A stretch of 64,000 nt of DNA from Nitrospirota bacterium (GTDB lineage: Bacteria; Nitrospirota; UBA9217), in the NCBI GenBank assembly GCA_029858565.1, contig JAOUEV010000006.1, forward strand, positions 32,001 through 96,000, written 5' to 3'. A program made the translations under genes and the position numbers. Shown piece after piece: positions 38,400-46,592 of the stretch. A model generated the notes under the pieces. That model was not told the origin of the DNA and did not search any database. It was given only the letters and a program-made list of their open reading frames with translations. The first letter of the stretch is position 1. Each line of letters starts with the position of its first letter.

Positions 38400-39035
38400 A
38401 TGTCCTATATTTTCATGGACGAGTCCGGGGACTTGGGCTTTGATTTCGCTAAGAAAGGGACTTCACAGTATTTCATCATCACGTTTCTGTTCAGCAGCAA
38501 CAAACGTGGTATAGAAAAGTGCGTGAAGAAGGTTCATGCAGGTCTGTGCAAACGATATAGAGCCATCGGTGAGCTCCATGCTTATAAGGAAGAACCTATT
38601 ACCAGAAAGCGGCTTCTCTCTCTGCTGGCGGGGAAGGATTGCGGTATTATGGCAATAGTGCTGAATAAGAAAAAGGTCTACGCGAACCTGCAGGATGAAA
38701 AACCGGTGCTTTATAATTATGTAACCAACATCCTCCTGGACAGAATCTTCTCAAAGAAACTGTTGGTGACCAGCGAGCCGATCGAGATCATCGCATCACG
38801 AAAAGAGACAAGCAAGTTCTTGAACTTGAACTTCAAGTCATATCTGCAATCTCAGCTGGCGAAGAATCATAATGTCTCAGTAAAGATATCGATTAAGACC
38901 CCTGCGGAAGAAAAGGCGCTCCAGGCAGTTGATTTTGCGAGCTGGGCGATATTCAGGAAGTACGAGTCGAGAGATGAGGAGTATTACAAGATCATCAAGA
39001 GAAGGGTTGTCGAGGAGAAGCCGCTGTTCCCCTAG
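38400..39035 (+). CDS. DUF3800 family protein
   Basis: YIFMDESGDLG at the N-terminus and LQAVDFASWAIFRKYE at the C-terminus; starts immediately after the upstream stop. Confidence 0.88.
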   Translation: MSYIFMDESGDLGFDFAKKGTSQYFIITFLFSSNKRGIEKCVKKVHAGLCKRYRAIGELHAYKEEPITRKRLLSLLAGKDCGIMAIVLNKKKVYANLQDEKPVLYNYVTNILLDRIFSKKLLVTSEPIEIIASRKETSKFLNLNFKSYLQSQLAKNHNVSVKISIKTPAEEKALQAVDFASWAIFRKYESRDEEYYKIIKRRVVEEKPLFP

Positions 39036-39036
39036 A

Positions 39037-39107
39037 AACAACAAAGCCTCGTTCGCTATTTACGAGGCGCCCTGCGGTACCCCACGAACGAGGACTTACT
39101 TGTTGTT
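39037..39107 (+). ncRNA. Candidate structured RNA downstream of DUF3800
   Basis: AACAACAA (39037-44) pairs with TTGTTGTT (39100-107); CCTCGTTCG (39047-55) pairs with CGAACGAGG (39085-93); begins 2 nt after the DUF3800 stop. Confidence 0.6.
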
Positions 39108-39269
39108 ACTATTATGATAATGCGGGTGAAGTCGGATGTCAAGGCCATTGTCGATAGTACGGTGAATAATTTGACAACAGGCGGGTTTGACCGTTGAAGA
39201 ATTCTTGAAGCTTTACCGGTGAAGTGAGTTCGAAGACAAACGAATCGAAAATTCCTGACGAAGCTCGAC

Positions 39270-39479
39270 ATGCACGATAACCTCATCGAACGATATCTGA
39301 CCGACATGCTGGAAGTGCGAAGCTCCCGCTCCGGCGCGCTGGAGACTTCGTACTATCCCGCTCTCGAACATCTGCTGACCTCCCTTGGAAAGACCCTCAG
39401 TCCCAAAGCACGCTGCGTGATCAACCTTGCCAATCGCGGCGCGAGTTTGCCCGATGGCGGGTTGTTCGCCGCTGACTAG
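39270..39479 (+). pseudogene. N-terminal fragment of a Type ISP/IIG-like restriction-modification enzyme
   Basis: ETSYYPALEHLL..LG..L.PK.RCVINLANRGA.LPDGGLF resembles the N-terminus of N6-methylase RM fusion proteins; stops after 69 aa, just before a REP-like element. Confidence 0.6.
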
Positions 39480-39482
39480 TTC

Positions 39483-39513
39483 GTAGGTCTGTTAGAACGC
39501 AGCGAAACCCGAC
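39483..39513 (+). repeat. Degenerate GTAG-class REP element
   Basis: GTAGGTCTGTTAGAACGCAGCGAAACCCGAC; 21/31 identical to 42291-42321. Confidence 0.55.
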
Positions 39514-39551
39514 TCCCTTCGTGGGTGTAAAGGTTGGCTGGCATGGATAGC

Positions 39552-41207
39552 ATGAAAACAGATATTTCGCCACGTTATTACATTGCAGAGACTACAGTTT
39601 GGCTGCTTAGTGCCATTCTTACAGTCTCCCGTTTCGTCGGTCTCGATCCATCGCAGTCTTTACCGCTGCTCAACTTAAATTTGAAAAACCCGCAACACTA
39701 CTTGCGCATTGTCGCAGTGTTGCTTATCGTTGCCACATTTTATCTTATTTTAGAATGGAAGCAGTCTTCGCCAGAAGCGCGTCGCTCATACTATGCAAAG
39801 GTACGAGCTGGGCTAGCAACACTTCTTACCTGTGCATCGCTCTGGCTAAGTTACCCCCTCATTGCTGAAAAAACCCGCTTCGCAGGGACATCACCCGCAT
39901 GGTATCTTGGCTTTTTAGTAATTGGTTATTTACTAGGAACGGCTGTTTCAATTTTAGCGCTTGCCTCACTCATGATTCGACAACCATTGGAAGCTAGGAT
40001 GCTCCAATTACCTCGCATACCAGCAGCGACTCGTGCTCAATACAAAGTATGGATTCCAGCAGTACCTGTTTTGATCGTCATGTACTATGTGCTTTCCTAT
40101 TTTGCACCTGATGTCATCAAGGGGCTGGGTTTTGTTTTTGTTGCCGTCTTTTTCATATTCGCAATCGGAGATGAATTCGCCTCTTTGTGCTTGCATCGGG
40201 ATGAAAATGGAAAGCGCATTCCCTACTCAAGGCGCATTTCAATATTAAAAGAGGTTTTCGATTCTCACGACTATTCCTACTACTTAATTGATCACGGCAT
40301 GAAGGCTATTGAAGAATTTGACATTCCAATAAAGGAATCTCCAGAGGCGATCCAGAAAGCCATGCAGGAGAAGTTCTCTACAAAGTCTTCTACTGGCTTA
40401 ATTCGTTTTCATGCTCAAACGCAGGAAGAGGTTAAGCTAAAGTTTTATTTCAAGGATGGGAATGAAAATAATCTGTCACCAGAGAATCGGGGTGTCAAAA
40501 TACTGAAACATCAGGGCAGGAAGGGATTCATTTGTGTGATTCTCATCCCTGACGAGCCAGCGAGAAAATCCGTAAAATTTGAGGTCTCAACGAGTCTCAT
40601 TGAAATGAATGCTGAAGAGTATTTCTCAACACATACCGATGCTGCTGACCTAACGCTAGAGAAAGTTTTTTTAAATGCGGTCGATCAAGCTGTTATGCAA
40701 ACTATGCTCCAGCAATCGGGCCCGTTGCTTCAAAAAGCAGTATTGACAGGACAAGAGGACAGGGTAGTAGCACTACTGAAGCAGGATGTTGACGTGAATG
40801 AACGGGCAGAGGCTGGCTGGACACCCCTTCTCCATGCAGCGGCACAGGGCTATCCGCGGATTGCGCGATTATTGCTTGATGCAGGCGCAAACACGGACAT
40901 TGGAAATTTGCATGGAATTACTCCTCTGATGTACTCTGCGCGTTATGGGAATGTTGATGTTTGTCGAATACTGCTTGAATATGGTGCTAATCCCGATCTC
41001 CAAGATGTATATGGCTGGACGGCATTAATGGTCTCCGCGCGTATAGGCTCCGCTGATGTGGCTGAGATGCTGATCAAGACAGGCGCCGGTATTAATATCA
41101 CAGACCGTAATGCAATGACGGCCTTGGACTTTGCGTACAAGTACAAACAAGGAAAGATTGCAAAAATGATTCGAAACGCTAATAGGCGTAATCAAGCGAC
41201 ACGGTGA
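39552..41207 (+). CDS. Multi-pass membrane protein with C-terminal ankyrin repeats
   Basis: About 6 hydrophobic segments in the N-terminal part; GWTPLLHAA, GITPLMYSA, GWTALMVSA, AMTALDFA ankyrin motifs; AT-rich. Confidence 0.88.
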   Translation: MKTDISPRYYIAETTVWLLSAILTVSRFVGLDPSQSLPLLNLNLKNPQHYLRIVAVLLIVATFYLILEWKQSSPEARRSYYAKVRAGLATLLTCASLWLSYPLIAEKTRFAGTSPAWYLGFLVIGYLLGTAVSILALASLMIRQPLEARMLQLPRIPAATRAQYKVWIPAVPVLIVMYYVLSYFAPDVIKGLGFVFVAVFFIFAIGDEFASLCLHRDENGKRIPYSRRISILKEVFDSHDYSYYLIDHGMKAIEEFDIPIKESPEAIQKAMQEKFSTKSSTGLIRFHAQTQEEVKLKFYFKDGNENNLSPENRGVKILKHQGRKGFICVILIPDEPARKSVKFEVSTSLIEMNAEEYFSTHTDAADLTLEKVFLNAVDQAVMQTMLQQSGPLLQKAVLTGQEDRVVALLKQDVDVNERAEAGWTPLLHAAAQGYPRIARLLLDAGANTDIGNLHGITPLMYSARYGNVDVCRILLEYGANPDLQDVYGWTALMVSARIGSADVAEMLIKTGAGINITDRNAMTALDFAYKYKQGKIAKMIRNANRRNQATR

Positions 41208-41400
41208 GTTGCATGATTTAGGGCACGGAATCCTTAAGGTCGCGTCTTTCTCCCTGCATATGCACTGCATTAGCACCATTAACGCTTTTGCCTTCAGCCT
41301 GGAAGTCAGTCGGTGACAAATTGCCACCAGTTGAAATTGATGGTTAACCCATGGCGCCAGGTTAAGGAAGGGACTCAGGTAAGGAACAAAGGACCGAAAG

Positions 41401-42270
41401 ATGATTGATAAATCGCTCGCCGTATTTGAAAATTATAACATCCGCAGAATATATGACGAAGAGTCCGAAACCTGGTTTTTCTCTGTTGTGGATATTATTC
41501 AGGCGTTGATTCAGCAGCCGGATTACCAGGCTGCAAGAAATTACTGGAAGGTCTTAAAAAACCGCTTGAATAAAGAGGGAAGTGAGTCGGTTACAAAATG
41601 TAACCGACTGAAATTGAAAGCTGCCGACGGGAAACAATACATTACCGATGTAGCGGACCCTGAAACGCTTCTCCGCCTGATCCAGTCCGTTCCCAGTCCC
41701 AAGGCTGAGCCGATCAAAATTTGGCTGGCCAAGGTAGGCTATGAACGTATGCAGGACATGGCCGACCCGGCGCGGTCTCTTGACCGGGCGCGGGAATACT
41801 GGCAACAGCATGGAAGAAGCGAAAAGTGGATTCAGCAGCGGATGATGGGTCAGGAAACCCGCAACAAGCTGACGGATTACTGGAAAGATCATGACATCAA
41901 GAAGGAAGAAGAATACGCCATTCTGACGAACCTCATTCACCGGGAATGGGCGGATGTGTCCGTAAAAAAGCACAAGGCGATGAAGGGGCTGAAGACACAG
42001 AATCTTAGAGACCACATGAGCGAAGCCGAACTGATCTTTACGGCCCTTGCCGAGCTATCCACCCGCCAAATAGCGGAGACCATGAAGGCTGTCGGAATGA
42101 AAGAAAACAAGGCTGCCGGTAAAACAGGCGGCGGAATCGCCAAGAAAGCAAGGCGAGAACTCGAAGCAAAGACGGGCAAAAAAGTTGTTACGGGTGAGAG
42201 CTTCCTTCCGCCTGATACGGGAAAGATATTGCCCCGGCCGAGTAAAAGGAAGATAAAAAGAAAGCAGTAA
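41401..42270 (+). CDS. BRO-N domain protein (phage antirepressor-like)
   Basis: IRRIYD...WFFSVVDII...RNYWKVLK...LRLIQSVPSPKAEPIKIWLAKVG...QNLRDHMS. Confidence 0.9.
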   Translation: MIDKSLAVFENYNIRRIYDEESETWFFSVVDIIQALIQQPDYQAARNYWKVLKNRLNKEGSESVTKCNRLKLKAADGKQYITDVADPETLLRLIQSVPSPKAEPIKIWLAKVGYERMQDMADPARSLDRAREYWQQHGRSEKWIQQRMMGQETRNKLTDYWKDHDIKKEEEYAILTNLIHREWADVSVKKHKAMKGLKTQNLRDHMSEAELIFTALAELSTRQIAETMKAVGMKENKAAGKTGGGIAKKARRELEAKTGKKVVTGESFLPPDTGKILPRPSKRKIKRKQ

Positions 42271-42290
42271 GCCGGATAGAACATAGTCCC

Positions 42291-42321
42291 GTAGGTTAGG
42301 TTAAGCCTAGCGCAACCCAAC
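42291..42321 (+). repeat. Degenerate GTAG-class REP element
   Basis: GTAGGTTAGGTTAAGCCTAGCGCAACCCAAC; related to 39483-39513. Confidence 0.55.
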
Positions 42322-42391
42322 GGCCTTTGAATGGCTTCGCGTTCCCCTGCCCGGTCTGCAGGCAAATCTTTCGCGGCGCTCCACCCTCCGG

Positions 42392-42754
42392 TTATCCCGT
42401 GAAAGGCGTCTTTTCCCTGTCGCGGTCGAACTGTTTCGGCTGAACAGCGGCCTTTCCGAATTTGAGCCGTTCGAGCAGGATTGGGGAAAGGATGAACTTC
42501 GTTCCTTCCTCAGCCATGACGGCTTTGTAGAAAGCGCACCGTTGACAGCTCTTGTACTTATCGCTGAAAGATCCCTGAAGTTCCCCGTTGCATTTCGTGC
42601 CCTGCACCACCCAGCACGCCCGTCCGCCGAGCAGTCCTCCGTGCACGCCGTTCAATTTGACCGCGGTTGCCGTGGGACAGACACCCTGGTGTGCCTGATG
42701 TCCGCTCATCTGCCTTCCGCACTTCATGAATTCCCAGCAATTCCGCTTGTTCAT
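42392..42754 (-). CDS. Two-CW domain protein
   Basis: RNCWEFMKCGR...CPTA...NGVHGG..GGRACW...GTKC...CQRCAFY. Confidence 0.85.
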   Translation of the reverse strand: MNKRNCWEFMKCGRQMSGHQAHQGVCPTATAVKLNGVHGGLLGGRACWVVQGTKCNGELQGSFSDKYKSCQRCAFYKAVMAEEGTKFILSPILLERLKFGKAAVQPKQFDRDREKTPFTG

Positions 42755-42861
42755 GAGCGCTCGCCGCCTTTCCGCCAACGTCCCTGCCGATCCATGGTGA
42801 TCCGCGACCGCAGCGAATCATAAATCCATATAATCGTCACAGGTCCTTTTCCTTGTCGCCG

Positions 42862-45705
42862 CTACGATGCCATCTTGAGGTCTGTCCGGTACACTATGGA
42901 GATGAACTTGTCGGCTAACGACGGATCGAACTGCGTGCCCGAGCAACGCTTCAGCTCCGCGATCGCCTCGCGGATGTCAAAGGTCTTCCGGTAGGGCCGC
43001 CAGCCGGTCATGGAGTCAAAGGCGTCGGCAACAGCAAGGATCCTGGCGAGGTCCGGGATCTGGTTGCCCTTCAGGCCGTCGGGATATCCTTTGCCGTCGA
43101 AGCGTTCATGGTGATGCCGCACGGCCGGAATGATCTGCTGCATCTGCTTGATCGGCGCGAGCAGTTCGGCGCCGTGCAGCGGATGGCGCTTGATGATCTC
43201 ATACTCCTCGGTGCTCAGTACGGACTTCTTGTCCAGGATGGCATCGAAGGTTCCCAGCTTGCCCACATCATGCAGCAGCCCCGCCAGTTCGAGGTCGCGA
43301 AGCAGCTTGTCGTTCATGCCCAGCTCCTGTCCCAGCTGGAGCGCATAACGGGTCACGCGCTCCGAATGACCGGCGGTCCAGGACGACTTCGCATCAATGG
43401 CGTAGGAGAGCGATTTGACCGTGCCGAGCAGCAGTTCCTGCAGGTCCGTCAGGAGCCGGGTGTTCTCGAACGCCACGCCGATCAGTCCTGCCAGCTGCTC
43501 CAGGGTCGCGTAGTTCTCGGGCGTGAACGCAGCCGGTCTGCTGCTTGCTACGCTCAGCACGCCGATCGCGCTGCCTTTTGCCATGAGCGGGACCCGGAAA
43601 AGGGACCGGGTCCCGTCGGCACGGAGACGCTCCTCTTCGGGCAGGAGCGGTCCCGCTTTGCTGATATCGGGAAGATAGGAGGGACGGCAGGTCGCGAGGA
43701 CCTCCGATGCCGCGGTAGTGACCAGGGCGAGACGTGAAACGTTATCGTGGTCGCGGCCGTTCAGCTCCGAGGAGATCCTTGCCAGGAACTCCCGGTCGGG
43801 GCCGGTCAGTATCGCCTCGGCGGTATCGCAGGGAATGATCCTCCGGATGTTCCGGACCGCCGCTTCCAGGATACCCTGGGGTTCCAGGCTGGACAGGATA
43901 CTCAGATCGATCTCATGGATCACCTTGAGCGTTTCCATCTTATGAGCAAGGTCCATGGAACGCTCAAGCGCAGTGCGATATAAACAGGCCTCGTCAAGGG
44001 CAAGCGAGACCTCGCGTGAGATGCCTTCCACCATGCGACGGTCCCGTTCGGAAAAGACGCGGTTGTCATGGTATGCGGCCACCAGCAATCCGAGGCGATC
44101 GGCCCGGCCGTACAGGGGGATCGCCAGGAACGTGTTCGCGTTCAGCAGCCACGGAAAGGGGCGGGCGGTCCGGCAGGTCGCCTGGTCATCACCGAGCTGG
44201 CAGAGCAGGAACGGATTCTCTTCGGACGGGTCCGGCTCTGTTCGCCTCGCGACACAAGCGCGCCGCGAGTTCAGCGCGGTACGGACAAGATCGGAATCCC
44301 CTGCCGAGACATCGGTGCGGAACATGGGTACCGCTCCACGGGGGAGCGGCGTGTGCTGGCCCGGCCGCAACTGGTGTGCCGCGCTGTCCCAACTATAGGA
44401 GAAGAACGTGTCCGTGCCGAGGGTGCGGGCGCAGCAGGTCACGACCTGCTGCATAAGGCGATCGGGATCCAGGGTGTCGGTCGCGGTCTCCGCCAGGGCC
44501 AGAAGATTTGTCGAGATCTCCATCTCCTGACGCATGGTCTCTTCCGCCTGTTTCATCTCGGTGACATCCTCCAGCACCTGCACACTGGAAATGATGGCGC
44601 CGTCGGCGTCCTGCACGGGGTAGACGCGTCCTCGAAAGATGCGCCGGATCGAGGGCACCGAGAACTCTTCCACGAAGTAGGGCTGATTTTCCGACAGAGG
44701 TTCCAGGTCGGGACGGCCGGTTATCACCGACTCCTCGAGCCGGGGAAAGATGTCATGAAACTTCCGGCCGATCAGCTCGCTGTAGGGTTTTCCCGCGACC
44801 TCCTGATACGCGCGGTTCGCGCGGATGATCCGGCAATCGCGGTCATGGATAAAAATTGGGTCCGAGATCGAGTCAAAGGTGACCTCCCACTCCTGCTTTG
44901 CCCGTTCAAGATGGTAAAACTCCTGCTGAAGTTTCGCTTCAGCTATCTTACGATCGGTTATATCGCTCACCAGGCCGTCACAAGCCGCCAATCGGCCGGC
45001 AGCATCATACCGGGGCACGGGAGTGTTCTTGATCCACCGGATACTGCCGTTCTTGTGAATGATCCGGTGCTCAAGAGGCGGCGGCGACTGACCTGCGTAC
45101 ACCTGTTCGGACATGCCGATGACCGCGTCTCGGTCGCTCTCGTAGATCATACGATACCACAGATGGGGATCGGCCGCATATTCTTCCGACGTGTACCCTG
45201 TTACCGCGGCGCAGCCCGGGCTGTGCGCGGACGAGACCGGTCTCCCCTGTTCGATACGCAGGGTGTAGGTATAGTCCGTGACCGAAGCTAGCAGGCGAGC
45301 GTATCTGGCCTCGCTTTGCTCTAGAGCAGCAGCCAGAGCCCGCCGCCCGAGAGCGTCCCTGACCGCGCGGATGACAGCTCCCGCGTTCATGACCGGGCCG
45401 ACCACGTAGGAGCAGGCGCCCACGTCCAGCAGTTCCAATCCCTGCGCATCGTCCCGGACACCCAGGGCGATAATGGCGGGCGATTCGCTGCTGTATTGCT
45501 TTGCCGAGGAAAACCGCGCGGACAGGTTGCCGTTCGCGGACGCAACGTCGAGGAGAAGGACCGCATGAGTGCCTGACAAAGTCGCGGATCCGTCTGACAA
45601 AGCAACCTGACAGCGCAGCGAGGATTCGACCAGGGTGTCGCGAAGAAGCGCCGCGGTCCGGGCATCTTCCGAAACGATCAATATTGAACAATCATCCGCT
45701 GGCAT
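42862..45705 (-). CDS. HD-GYP phosphodiesterase with degenerate receiver, 2 PAS and 2 GAF domains
   Basis: TAGHSERV, LLHDVGK, HHERFDGKGYPDGLKG, ILAVADAFDSM, GTQFDP. Confidence 0.93.
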   Translation of the reverse strand: MPADDCSILIVSEDARTAALLRDTLVESSLRCQVALSDGSATLSGTHAVLLLDVASANGNLSARFSSAKQYSSESPAIIALGVRDDAQGLELLDVGACSYVVGPVMNAGAVIRAVRDALGRRALAAALEQSEARYARLLASVTDYTYTLRIEQGRPVSSAHSPGCAAVTGYTSEEYAADPHLWYRMIYESDRDAVIGMSEQVYAGQSPPPLEHRIIHKNGSIRWIKNTPVPRYDAAGRLAACDGLVSDITDRKIAEAKLQQEFYHLERAKQEWEVTFDSISDPIFIHDRDCRIIRANRAYQEVAGKPYSELIGRKFHDIFPRLEESVITGRPDLEPLSENQPYFVEEFSVPSIRRIFRGRVYPVQDADGAIISSVQVLEDVTEMKQAEETMRQEMEISTNLLALAETATDTLDPDRLMQQVVTCCARTLGTDTFFSYSWDSAAHQLRPGQHTPLPRGAVPMFRTDVSAGDSDLVRTALNSRRACVARRTEPDPSEENPFLLCQLGDDQATCRTARPFPWLLNANTFLAIPLYGRADRLGLLVAAYHDNRVFSERDRRMVEGISREVSLALDEACLYRTALERSMDLAHKMETLKVIHEIDLSILSSLEPQGILEAAVRNIRRIIPCDTAEAILTGPDREFLARISSELNGRDHDNVSRLALVTTAASEVLATCRPSYLPDISKAGPLLPEEERLRADGTRSLFRVPLMAKGSAIGVLSVASSRPAAFTPENYATLEQLAGLIGVAFENTRLLTDLQELLLGTVKSLSYAIDAKSSWTAGHSERVTRYALQLGQELGMNDKLLRDLELAGLLHDVGKLGTFDAILDKKSVLSTEEYEIIKRHPLHGAELLAPIKQMQQIIPAVRHHHERFDGKGYPDGLKGNQIPDLARILAVADAFDSMTGWRPYRKTFDIREAIAELKRCSGTQFDPSLADKFISIVYRTDLKMAS

Positions 45706-45757
45706 GGACCGTCTCCTGACGCTACTATCCGCGATGATGACGGTACCGCGGGAACTC

Positions 45758-46147
45758 TCAGGCTGCGCTGATGGATTTCACGCCTCCAGGCCCGTCCAGA
45801 GCGCTGCGTACGATACACGAAAGCTCTTTTGACAATACCGGCTTGTTAAGGTACTCGATAACGCCCAGATTTATTGCCTGCAGGTAGCTTTCGATAGAGC
45901 CCCGAGATGTCACTACCAGAACGGGCAGCCCTGGCGACATGCGTCGCAGCATCGTGAGCAGGTCAAGGCCGTCCATGTCAGGGAGCTGCAGTTCCATGAT
46001 GACAAGGTCCACGGGCATGCCGCTGCGGACTATCGTAAGGGCCGTGTTCGCCTCCGACACGACAAAGGATCTCAGGCCCGACCGGTCAAGCACGCTGGGC
46101 AGGCTGCTGCCGCTGAATTCAGGATCTATGATAAGGACGGTCTTCAT
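45758..46147 (-). CDS. Atypical stand-alone receiver domain (Asp replaced by Glu)
   Basis: MKTVLIIDPE...DLVIMELQLPDMDG...EYLNKP; ATG overlaps the upstream gene's stop. Confidence 0.85.
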   Translation of the reverse strand: MKTVLIIDPEFSGSSLPSVLDRSGLRSFVVSEANTALTIVRSGMPVDLVIMELQLPDMDGLDLLTMLRRMSPGLPVLVVTSRGSIESYLQAINLGVIEYLNKPVLSKELSCIVRSALDGPGGVKSISAA

Positions 46148-46422
46148 CGTTCGTTCCTCTTTGCGGTAAGGACAGGAGAATGCGTGGCGTTCGGTCTTCG
46201 TCCCGTTGGTCCGCTGAACACGAGGTCCGGGCCGGCCGGAAATCTGTCCACATGACCGGATTCCGAGCGCGAGAACGCCTTCCGATAAACGGGACAGCGT
46301 GAGAACAGCGTATGCTCCCGGGGAGCGCAGTAATTCCTGAGCTCCTCCATCCCCGGCACATGGACCGTGCGGGCTGCGGAGCATGAATGCAGATAGATAC
46401 CCCAGAGATAAGGACAGGTCAC
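46144..46422 (-). CDS. Small Cys-rich protein (CPY-x8-C...VP...YC...CPVY)
   Basis: GTG start after RBS AGAGGA; MTCPYLWGIYLHSCSAARTVHVPGMEELRNYCAPREHTLFSRCPVY. Confidence 0.78.
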   Translation of the reverse strand: MTCPYLWGIYLHSCSAARTVHVPGMEELRNYCAPREHTLFSRCPVYRKAFSRSESGHVDRFPAGPDLVFSGPTGRRPNATHSPVLTAKRNER

Positions 46423-46444
46423 GGGATCCTCTTCCTGCCGCGGT

Positions 46445-46582
46445 CTATGCCGCGGCCACGGTTGCCTCCGGCATGCCGGAAGCAACGTCGGCCAGGGCCA
46501 GTTCGTCGCCCGAGAACACTCTGTCAATGTCCAGGATGATCAGGAAGCGGTCACCCTGTTTCCCCATGCCGCGGATGAAATC
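46445..46582 (-). pseudogene. cheW: C-terminal remnant of cheW
   Basis: DFIRGMGKQGDRFLIILDIDRVF matches EFIQGMGKHGNRFIIILDIDKVF of CheW at 29936; begins about 10 nt after the MCP stop. Confidence 0.85.
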
Positions 46583-46592
46583 CGTAGTAGAT

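Noticed and set aside
39491-39497. GTTAGAA upstream of the ankyrin gene as an integron attC core
   Set aside because: No matching RYYTAAC or attC structure after the gene and no integron integrase; better explained as part of the REP-like element.
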